Shown here: piece after piece, positions 35,456 to 43,071 of the stretch | Layout of the letters: the number at the start of each line of letters is the position of its first letter | How positions within the stretch are numbered: position 1 is the first letter of the stretch | Origin: Pyrinomonadaceae bacterium | GTDB lineage: Bacteria; Acidobacteriota; Blastocatellia; Pyrinomonadales; Pyrinomonadaceae | Assembly (NCBI GenBank): GCA_963720235.1 | Contig: OY970389.1 | Coordinates: 5,362,970-5,426,969 of the forward strand | Direction of reading: 5' to 3' | Length of the DNA: 64,000 bases | Made by a program: the position numbers and the translations under genes | Notes under the pieces: generated by a model | Told to the model about the DNA's origin: nothing | Database searches by the model: none | Seen by the model: only the letters and a program-made list of their open reading frames with translations

Positions 35456-36301
35456 ATGCAGGCAACTTTAGAGAGCACAACACAACAGTCTGGAACAGGC
35501 GCGGCAATGCTTGCCCAAAAGGCGGAGTCGCGTCCTGTTATCCAGTTGGAGCACATTCATAAAACTTACACGATGGGCGATGTCGAAGTTCATGCTTTGC
35601 GCGGCATCTCGCTTGAGATTAAGGAAGGCGAGTTTGTGGCAATCATGGGGACTTCGGGTTCCGGCAAATCAACGACGATGAATATCATCGGATGCCTTGA
35701 TAGGCCGACGCGCGGGACTTACGTGCTAGACGGTCAGGATGTCTCCGGCATGTCAAAGGACGAGCGCGCAGACATACGCAATCGCAAACTCGGATTTGTC
35801 TTTCAGGGTTTTAATCTGCTCTCGCGCACTTCTGCTTTGGAGAACGTAGAGCTGCCAATGCTCTATGCGGGAATAGATTCGGACGAGAGACATCAGCGTG
35901 CGATGGATGCGCTCGCTTCCGTCGGCCTCGCGGGCAGGGAACAGAATCATCCGAATCAACTCTCCGGCGGACAGCAGCAGCGCGTAGCCATTGCGCGCTC
36001 GCTTGTCAATCGTCCGGCATTGATTCTGGCGGACGAGCCGACGGGTAATCTGGACTCGCGCACTTCTATTGAAGTGATGGAGATTTTCCAAAAGCTCAAT
36101 CGTGAGCAGGGCATCACTTTGATTCTCGTGACGCACGAAACAGACATCGCAGAGTTTGCTGATCGCGTCATCGTTTTCAAAGACGGCAGGATTAAAAAGG
36201 ATTACAGGATTGATTCGCCGCGTGATGCTTCAGAGGAGTTAAAGCGTCTGCCTGAAATAGACAGCGAAGAAGAAGAAGAAGAAGAGAGCATCGCTGCCTG
36301 A
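35456..36301 (+). CDS. MacB/LolD-type ABC transporter ATP-binding protein
   Basis: Walker A GTSGSGKST, signature LSGGQQQRVAIARSL, Walker B ILADEPTGNLD. ATG 35456 lies 8 nt after the adaptor stop, with an AAGGTAAGGGA SD. Confidence 0.9.
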   Translation: MQATLESTTQQSGTGAAMLAQKAESRPVIQLEHIHKTYTMGDVEVHALRGISLEIKEGEFVAIMGTSGSGKSTTMNIIGCLDRPTRGTYVLDGQDVSGMSKDERADIRNRKLGFVFQGFNLLSRTSALENVELPMLYAGIDSDERHQRAMDALASVGLAGREQNHPNQLSGGQQQRVAIARSLVNRPALILADEPTGNLDSRTSIEVMEIFQKLNREQGITLILVTHETDIAEFADRVIVFKDGRIKKDYRIDSPRDASEELKRLPEIDSEEEEEEESIAA

Positions 36302-36328
36302 GAGTTTAAAGAAGGACTGGCATAATCC

Positions 36329-37552
36329 ATGAACGTGTTATCAATTATTCGCATAGCCTTTCGCGCTCTGGCGCGCAACAAAGCCCGCGCGGCTCTGACC
36401 ATGCTCGGCATCATCATCGGCGTTTCGGCAGTGATTGCGATGGTCGGCATAGGGCAGGGCGCGCAGGCCACTGTGCAGGCGCAGATTGAAAGCATGGGAA
36501 CGAACCTGCTCTTTATCAGCGCGGGCGCGCAGAATGTCGGCGGCGTCAGAAGCGGCGCGGGCGACAGCGGCACTAACACCTTAACGATTGAAGACCTAGA
36601 GGCTATCAAGCGCGAAGTGCCGAGCGTGGCGATGGTCAGCCCGACCATCAATGCTCGCTCGCAGCTTGTTGTCGGCAATCAAAACTGGAACACCTCTGTG
36701 CAGGGCGTGAGCGAACAGTTCACAGGCATACGCAAGTGGGATGTGCAGAGCGGCTCGTTCTTTACAGACGCGGATGTGCGCACAGCCGCGCGCGTCATCG
36801 TCATCGGACAAACCATCGCGGATAATCTTTTCCCCGGCGCGGATGCAGTCGGACAAACAATCCGCGTCGCCAACTTGCCGTTCAGAGTCGTCGGCGTCAT
36901 GGCGCGCAAAGGTCAAGACCCGCAAGGAAGAGATCAGGACGATACGGCCTTTGCTCCTTACACAGCCGTGCAGAAAAAGATTCTGGGCAACACGCGCGTG
37001 CAGGTCGCCTATGTTTCTGCAATCTCGCAGGACGCAACTTACACTGCTCAGGCGCAGATTACGGAACTCTTGCGCCAGAGGCATAAGCTCAACGCGAGTG
37101 CGCCGAACGATTTTACAGTGCGCAACATGACGGACGTGGCAGAGGCTGCTAATGAGACGAATAGCACGATGACAATTCTCTTGGGTTGCATCGCTGGCGT
37201 TTCCTTACTCGTCGGCGGCATAGGGATTATGAATATCATGCTGGTCTCCGTCACAGAGAGGACACGCGAGATTGGCATACGCATGGCTATCGGCGCACGC
37301 TCTTCGGCAGTGCGGACACAATTTCTGATAGAGTCCATCGTGCTCAGCCTGACCGGCGGATTGATAGGCATCCTGCTCGGCGTGATTGTCTCCGTCACAA
37401 TCCCCGCGCTGCTTGGCTGGCCCACGCTTGTTTCCACAGCAGCCATCATCGGCTCTGTTATTTTTTCTGCGGCGGTCGGAATCTTCTTCGGCTACTATCC
37501 CGCGCGCAAGGCCGCAGGGCTCGACCCGATTGAAGCTTTGCGTTACGAATAA
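36329..37552 (+). CDS. MacB-type ABC permease (MacB periplasmic domain plus FtsX)
   Basis: Four TM helices with a large periplasmic loop. FtsX-family motifs (ERTREIGIRMAIGAR, FGYYPARKAAGLDPIEALRYE). Confidence 0.9.
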   Translation: MNVLSIIRIAFRALARNKARAALTMLGIIIGVSAVIAMVGIGQGAQATVQAQIESMGTNLLFISAGAQNVGGVRSGAGDSGTNTLTIEDLEAIKREVPSVAMVSPTINARSQLVVGNQNWNTSVQGVSEQFTGIRKWDVQSGSFFTDADVRTAARVIVIGQTIADNLFPGADAVGQTIRVANLPFRVVGVMARKGQDPQGRDQDDTAFAPYTAVQKKILGNTRVQVAYVSAISQDATYTAQAQITELLRQRHKLNASAPNDFTVRNMTDVAEAANETNSTMTILLGCIAGVSLLVGGIGIMNIMLVSVTERTREIGIRMAIGARSSAVRTQFLIESIVLSLTGGLIGILLGVIVSVTIPALLGWPTLVSTAAIIGSVIFSAAVGIFFGYYPARKAAGLDPIEALRYE

Positions 37553-37554
37553 TT

Positions 37555-37735
37555 GTCTGCGGCTCTGCCGCCCATGCTGTGCGGAAAGCCTGTGGCTTTC
37601 CGGCTCATGCTTCTTAACTTCCCTGCGAGGCTGAGCCTCGCCGTGATGAAAGATAGCTATACGGAAAGTCAGAGACTTTCCGCACAGCACGGGCGGCAAA
37701 GCCGCATGACAGCATCGGCGGCAGAGCCGCGGGGC
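37555..37735. repeat. family-B nested-hairpin element, copy 2
   Basis: Shares CTGTGCGGAAAG..CTTTCCG, the central GCGAGGCTGAGCCTCGC and CGGAAAGTCAGAGACTTTCCGCACAGC with copies 1 and 3. Starts 3 nt after the permease stop. Confidence 0.75.
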
Positions 37736-37859
37736 TTCTATCTCAACGCCATCGCAGGCCATCACACTTCTTAAACTGGCGTTAGAATAAAGGAACATCT
37801 ATTATGGCAGAGCGTGAAAACAGTCGTGCTCGGAAACTCTCACGAAAAGGAGCTCTCCC

Positions 37860-38498
37860 ATGACAAGCCCTGTCAGATGCCTTCCGTTTGCGGTTTGTGT
37901 CTTGATACTTTTTAGTCTTCCAACATCTGCTCAAAACACAAAAACAAATACGCCGCCTCAAACTCAGGAACAAACAGCAAGTCTCTCGCCGAATGCCAAC
38001 TCGATGGATGTCGTGGCAAACGAAATCGGGCTGCTGCGAAAATCTTTGCAAACCTTGAACGCGAGATTGCGCGAGATAAGCGAGAAAGTTCTCGCGACCA
38101 ATCCGACTGAGAAACCAAATAACATCGCGCTCAGCCTTGATGTCTTAATGCGCGCCGAACAACGCGCCGAACTGCTGCGCAAACAGCTACTCGAATTGAT
38201 AGAGAAAGAGACTGCTTTTAAGAGCCGGCTCGTGCAGCTTGAAGAAGAGATGCGTCCAGAAAGTATAGAGCGGTCGCTGAATCTGGTTGGCACGACACGC
38301 ACTTCCGAACTGCGTGACACGCGGCGCAGGGTTTTGGAAAACGAGCGCAAGGGATTTGAAAGCCTGCTCTATCAAACCACGCAAAGCCGCTCGCGGCTCG
38401 AAGATGATGTGAGACAGGCTGATATATTGGTCGTCAAACTGCGGCAGCGCATTATTCCTGTGATTGAAAGAGAGATTGATAAAATCAATGCTAATTAA
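37860..38498 (+). CDS. secreted coiled-coil protein of unknown function (212 aa)
   Basis: Signal peptide (CLPFAVCVLILFSLPTSAQ), then continuous heptad-rich helical sequence. Bracketed by family-B repeats. Confidence 0.5.
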   Translation: MTSPVRCLPFAVCVLILFSLPTSAQNTKTNTPPQTQEQTASLSPNANSMDVVANEIGLLRKSLQTLNARLREISEKVLATNPTEKPNNIALSLDVLMRAEQRAELLRKQLLELIEKETAFKSRLVQLEEEMRPESIERSLNLVGTTRTSELRDTRRRVLENERKGFESLLYQTTQSRSRLEDDVRQADILVVKLRQRIIPVIEREIDKINAN

Positions 38499-38499
38499 C

Positions 38500-38699
38500 T
38501 CAAGTGGCTAGTTAACAGAGTGATGGCAGCTTGGCCGCAATGCTGTGCGGAAAAGCAAAGCTTTTCCGGCAGGTGCAGCTTAACGATGTGCGAGGCTCAG
38601 CCTCGCACAGTATCAAGCACAGGTAGGAGTCGGAAGGTCAGAGACTTTCCGCACCGCAGGCGGCTCAAGCCGTCATCGCTCTCATAACTAGCAGCTTGG
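38500..38699. repeat. family-B nested-hairpin element, copy 3
   Basis: Terminal inverted repeat CAAGTGGCTAGTTAACAGAGTGATGGC / GCCGTCATCGCTCTCATAACTAGCAGCTTGG. The internal hairpins match copy 1. Exactly fills the gap between convergent stops at 38498 and 38705. Confidence 0.8.
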
Positions 38700-38704
38700 A
38701 TTAA

Positions 38705-39895
38705 TTAGCTTTCTTCAAAGACTGCTTCATCCTCGTCGCCAATCGGGAGTGTGACGACAAAGCGGCTGCCGCGCGTGTTGCGTTTTTCTTCTATCCAGAT
38801 GCGCCCGCCGTGCGCTTCGACGATGCCTTTGGCAATCGCCAGTCCCATGCCTGAGCCGGAAGATTGATGCGTGCCGGAATCGCCGTCTCGCATCGCGCGA
38901 AAGAATTTTTCAAAGACACGCTCGCGCAACTCACTTGGGATGCCTGCGCCTTCGTCTTCGACAGTCAGTTGAATCATCTGTTTGTCCGAGACCTGCGCCT
39001 CGACATTAATCTTCGTGCCAGCCTTTGAATACTTCGCCGCGTTGTCAACCAAAGTATAGACGACCTCCGCCACAGCCCTGTCATCCACGCGCACGGTCGG
39101 CAATCCATCATTGAGCGTGACCTGAATCTGATGGTCGCGCGTGAGCGGGGCGGCGCGCGTCAGCGCAGTCGTCACAATCTCTTCGAGCGAGCCCCAGCGG
39201 CGACGCAGGTGCATCTCTCCGGCCTCTATGCGCGCCAATTCCATCAAGCCTTCGACAAAACGATTGAGCCTGTCAGTCTCTTCATCTATGACTTCCAGCA
39301 TCTCTCGCCGCCCTTCCAAGTCAAGCAGTCCGCGCTCTTCGCCGCCAGCAGGCGAATCATCGAGCAGCGTTGTGACGGATGCTTTGATGGATGTGAGCGG
39401 CGTCCGCAGGTCGTGTGTCACAGCATCAAGCAGCGCAGACTTTAAACGCTCGCTCTGCTCTAAAGCTTTGGCCTGACTCGCGCGCTCGAATGCATCCTGT
39501 AGCTCTGTATAAAGCCGCTCAATCTCAAGCCTCCCGGCGTCTGCCTCTTCTGCACGCCGCTTGGCATGCGCCGAAAGCTGCCCGGCTGTGACGCCTGTGA
39601 CGAGAAAGGCGAAGAGCGCAATCCAGTTGTCAGGAGCCGTAATCGTCAATCTTCCGACAGGCGGCAGGTAGAAAAAGTTAAAGCACACGACGCCGAGCAA
39701 AGAGGCTAAGACGGCTGGACGCGAACCCCAGCCCGTGGCGACGAAGAGCACGACGAGCAGCAGTGCCAGAGCCACAGTCGTAGAGTTGATGTGCTCGCCA
39801 AACAGCTTGAGCGCGACCGTCATCACGGCGATGCCGACGACAGCCAGCAGATAGCCGTAACGGCTTTTCTCATATCCTTTAATCCACACGCTCAT
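38705..39895 (-). CDS. KdpD-like sensor histidine kinase lacking the N-terminal KdpD/Usp sensing domains
   Basis: Starts directly with the 4-TM DUF4118-type membrane domain (YLLAVVGIAV...FFYLPPVGRLTI). H-box THDLRTPLTSI and a HATPase C-terminus. Only 396 aa, compared with roughly 890 aa for canonical KdpD. Confidence 0.8.
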   Translation of the reverse strand: MSVWIKGYEKSRYGYLLAVVGIAVMTVALKLFGEHINSTTVALALLLVVLFVATGWGSRPAVLASLLGVVCFNFFYLPPVGRLTITAPDNWIALFAFLVTGVTAGQLSAHAKRRAEEADAGRLEIERLYTELQDAFERASQAKALEQSERLKSALLDAVTHDLRTPLTSIKASVTTLLDDSPAGGEERGLLDLEGRREMLEVIDEETDRLNRFVEGLMELARIEAGEMHLRRRWGSLEEIVTTALTRAAPLTRDHQIQVTLNDGLPTVRVDDRAVAEVVYTLVDNAAKYSKAGTKINVEAQVSDKQMIQLTVEDEGAGIPSELRERVFEKFFRAMRDGDSGTHQSSGSGMGLAIAKGIVEAHGGRIWIEEKRNTRGSRFVVTLPIGDEDEAVFEES

Positions 39896-39955
39896 GATTG
39901 TAAGACGGAAGCCGCCAGACTTAACAGAGCGGACGTGTGCGTGCGCTTTTAAAAT

Positions 39956-41827
39956 TCAGTGTTCGAGGTGATAAGGCACGCTGACTACGACGACGCTCTT
40001 TTTGAAGAGCAGAGAACCTTTGAGGAGCAGTGAGCTTTGATTATGAAGCAGTCGTTGCCACCAATGCGCGGGAATAAATTCCGGCAACACGACCGTCACA
40101 AAGTTATCTTTGCCCCCGCGCCGCAAGCGATGTATGTAGCGCAAAAGTGGTCTCGTCAATTCTCTATATGGCGACGGGAGCACCACCAGCTCGACGCCAG
40201 AGCTCCACTGCTGCCACTTCGCTTTGAGCTTTTGCGTGGCCTCTTCATCAAAGTCCACATAGACAGCCTTGACGCCATTTGGCGAGATTGATTTGGCGTA
40301 TTCGAGCGCGTTAATCACGCCGCGATGGATGCCTGAAATCGGCACAATGACAGTATTGTTAATGCTCTGAAGCTGTTCCAAACCTTCTGTCGAAAGCTGC
40401 TTCGCCACATGTAGATAATGCTTGTGAATCGAGCGGAACATCAGCACGAGCAGCGGAATGACGAGGACTACAATCCACGCGCCGTGCAGAAACTTTGTGA
40501 TGATGAAGACGCACAAGACGACGAACGTGGCAACGGCTCCGAGGCCGTTAATGAGAATTGATTTCTTCCGTTGCTCAGTCTCCTTGAGCCAGTGGCGCAC
40601 CATGCCTGTCTGCGAGAGCGTGAACGAGAGAAAGACGCCGACAGCGTAAAGCGGAATCAAACGCGAGGTGTCGCCGCCGAAAGCTGCGACCAGAATGCTT
40701 GAGAAGAGAGCGAGGATGACGATGCCGTTTGAGAAGACAAGCTTGTCGCCGCGATTGGCAAGCTGGCGCGGCAAGAAACGGTCGCGCGCAAGGAGGGAAG
40801 CGAGTCGCGGAAAATCTGCGAATGAAGTGTTCGCCGCGAGCACCAGAATCAAAGCCGTCGTGATTTGGACTACGTAATAGAACCAGCCGAACGCGCCAGT
40901 GAAAATGATGCGCCCGAACTGCGAGATAACAGTCTCGCTCTCGTGCGGATGCACTCCGTAAAGATAAGCCATCAAGCTTGTGCCAAGAAACATCGTCGTT
41001 AAAAGCGCAGCCATAATGACCAGCGTTATTGCAGCGTTGCGCGACTCAGGCTTTTTAAAAGCAGGCACGCCGTTTGAGATAGCCTCAATGCCTGTCAACG
41101 CGGCGCATCCATTCGAGAATGCGCCCAGTATCAGAAAGAGCGTGATAGGTTGAAACTTGTATCCTTCAGCGACCTTTAAATCTTCCGCATCCGGCACGCC
41201 CGCTTCTCCGCCATACAGAAAATAGTGAAAGATGCCGTAGCCAATCATGAACAGGAAACAGGTGACGAAAGCGTAAGTCGGAGTGGCAAAGAGCGCGCCA
41301 GACTCGCGCACGCCGCGCAGGTTCGCAAGAGCGATAAAAGTGATGAAGATAAGACACAAAGCTACTTTATGTTCATCAAGCCACGCGAAGCGCGTGCCTT
41401 GCGCCATAGAAGTAATTGCCGCCACGCCCGCCGCAATCGAGACCGAGACAGTCAACACATAGTCAACCAGCAAAGATGCTCCGGCCACCAATCCTGCGTT
41501 AGTCCCAAGATTTTCTTTCGCCACGATGTACGCGCCGCCGCCCGACGGGTAAGCGTGAATGGTTTGCCTGTAACTGGTCGCCACAATGACGAGCAGCACG
41601 GCAATGCCAATCGAAATCGGCAGAACATAATAGAAGGCATATGCCTGACCGAAGGCCACAGCCGCAGCCAGCACAAGCAAAATCTCTTCCGTCGCGTAAG
41701 CCGTCGAAGAGAGCGCGTCCGAAGAGAAAACTGCCAGCGCAGTCTTCTTCGACAGTCGTTCATGTGCAGCCTGTTCCGTTCTTAACGGATTACCAACAAG
41801 CAGCCTTTTGATTGACGTAGCCATCAT
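39956..41827 (-). CDS. kimA: KimA (YdaO)-type APC-superfamily K+/H+ symporter
   Basis: 12-TM APC core plus a cytoplasmic C-domain of about 150 aa. From memory, the N-terminus SIKRLLVGNPLRTEQAAHERLSKKTALAVFSSDALSSTAY and C-terminus LHNQSSLLLKGSLLFKK..VVVSVPYHL are colinear with B. subtilis KimA. Potassium gene neighbourhood. Confidence 0.7.
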   Translation of the reverse strand: MMATSIKRLLVGNPLRTEQAAHERLSKKTALAVFSSDALSSTAYATEEILLVLAAAVAFGQAYAFYYVLPISIGIAVLLVIVATSYRQTIHAYPSGGGAYIVAKENLGTNAGLVAGASLLVDYVLTVSVSIAAGVAAITSMAQGTRFAWLDEHKVALCLIFITFIALANLRGVRESGALFATPTYAFVTCFLFMIGYGIFHYFLYGGEAGVPDAEDLKVAEGYKFQPITLFLILGAFSNGCAALTGIEAISNGVPAFKKPESRNAAITLVIMAALLTTMFLGTSLMAYLYGVHPHESETVISQFGRIIFTGAFGWFYYVVQITTALILVLAANTSFADFPRLASLLARDRFLPRQLANRGDKLVFSNGIVILALFSSILVAAFGGDTSRLIPLYAVGVFLSFTLSQTGMVRHWLKETEQRKKSILINGLGAVATFVVLCVFIITKFLHGAWIVVLVIPLLVLMFRSIHKHYLHVAKQLSTEGLEQLQSINNTVIVPISGIHRGVINALEYAKSISPNGVKAVYVDFDEEATQKLKAKWQQWSSGVELVVLPSPYRELTRPLLRYIHRLRRGGKDNFVTVVLPEFIPAHWWQRLLHNQSSLLLKGSLLFKKSVVVVSVPYHLEH

Positions 41828-41830
41828 CCC

Positions 41831-42205
41831 TCAGTTCTTGTGTGGACACTGTGGGCGCAGACGCGGCCAATGCTCGAAGGCTGCAAGTTGAGAGGGGAGA
41901 GGAATGATTGGCGGTTTCTTCTCTAAGAGATCAAGGCAGTATGCGCCCAACACAAATAGCGGAAGCGAGAGGGCGAAGAATAGGATCTCTACTTTATTCA
42001 AAAATGAGCCGAACCCGCCCGGCGTCAGTAGATGGACAACTATCCATAAAAATGTTCCAAAGATGATTGAGAGCAAGCCGCCAACGAGACCGATGCCCGC
42101 GCTGATTGCCGTCCGCGTCCACCTGTTCTTTTTGAGGAGCAGATAGATTCTTCTGTAAAAGTCGCCGCTTAAGTCATCGTCTTTCAAGCCACATATCTTG
42201 TACAT
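41831..42205 (-). CDS. small 3-TM membrane protein of unknown function (124 aa)
   Basis: ORF ends 3 nt before the kimA-like start, suggesting translational coupling. Three hydrophobic helices. No family recognised. Confidence 0.45.
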   Translation of the reverse strand: MYKICGLKDDDLSGDFYRRIYLLLKKNRWTRTAISAGIGLVGGLLSIIFGTFLWIVVHLLTPGGFGSFLNKVEILFFALSLPLFVLGAYCLDLLEKKPPIIPLPSQLAAFEHWPRLRPQCPHKN

Positions 42206-42334
42206 GCTCTGAGAGTAATCTCAGGCATATAAGAATGGCGTAAAGCGTTTATAAAAAGTTTGTAAAAAACATGAGTTCGGCATCAGTAAAGAGTTATTTT
42301 CGTGAGCCCCGACAGGGGCGAGATATATGAAGCT

Positions 42335-43036
42335 TTATGAATCAGGATTGAAGCGATAGCCAATCCACGGTTCTGTCAGGATATAGCGCGGAGTCGAAGG
42401 CGTCGGCTCTATCTTTTTTCGCAGTTGTCCGACAAAGACGCGCAGGTATTCGCCCTGCTCAGTATAGTTGCCGCCCCAGACCGCGCCGAGCAGCGTGCGA
42501 TGCGTCAGCACTTTGCCAGCATGGCGTACAAAGTGGACGAGCAGGTCATACTCTTTCGGCGTGAGGTGAACTTCCTTGTCCAGCACAAAGACGCTGCGCG
42601 CCTCAAGGTCAATGCGGAAGTCTCCAACCTCTAAGACTGTCAGAGATGCATCACTGTTGGGAGCCGTGAGAGCGCGTCGCAGTTGTGCGCGAACGCGCGC
42701 CAGCAGTTCATCCATCCCGAAAGGTTTAGTTACATAATCATCCGCGCCTGCGTCCAGAGCTTCGACTTTTGTTTTCTCTTCGCCGCGCACGGAGAGCACT
42801 ATGATTGGAAGTTGCGAGATGGCGCGCAGGCGGCGGCATAATTCGAGGCCGTCCAGATTCGGCATCGCGAGGTCTGTCACAACAAGGTCTGGATGCCAGT
42901 CTTGAAAAGTTTCGAGAGCCGAGACGCCATCGGCTGCGACGCGCACATCATAGCCGTGTGTCTTGAGACCTGTGCGCAGGACGCGCGCAATCTGCGGCTC
43001 GTCATCAATCACTAAGATGCGCGGCTGCTGATTCAT
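42335..43036 (-). CDS. KdpE-like OmpR-family response regulator
   Basis: REC domain (ILVIDDEPQI...DLVVTDLAMPNLDG...VTKPF). Winged helix LTPKEYDLLVHFVRHAGKVLTHRTLLGAVWG...YLRVFVGQLRKKIE, typical of KdpE. Confidence 0.85.
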   Translation of the reverse strand: MNQQPRILVIDDEPQIARVLRTGLKTHGYDVRVAADGVSALETFQDWHPDLVVTDLAMPNLDGLELCRRLRAISQLPIIVLSVRGEEKTKVEALDAGADDYVTKPFGMDELLARVRAQLRRALTAPNSDASLTVLEVGDFRIDLEARSVFVLDKEVHLTPKEYDLLVHFVRHAGKVLTHRTLLGAVWGGNYTEQGEYLRVFVGQLRKKIEPTPSTPRYILTEPWIGYRFNPDS

Positions 43037-43063
43037 GTGATTTCTGTGACTTCTGTGACTTCT
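43037..43063. repeat. 3 x 9-nt tandem repeat occupying most of the kup-kdpE spacer
   Basis: GTGATTTCT GTGACTTCT GTGACTTCT is followed by an A-tract. It lies between the kdpE-like start (43036) and the kup stop (43072). Confidence 0.8.
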
Positions 43064-43071
43064 GTAAAAAA

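Noticed and set aside
37553-37774. Track ORFs lying inside repeat elements (37553-37774, 37386-37634, 11754-11963, 31038-31244, 50256-50477)
   Set aside because: They coincide with palindromic repeat families A, B and C. Their translations are arbitrary readings of hairpin arms, and equivalent copies do not preserve a reading frame.
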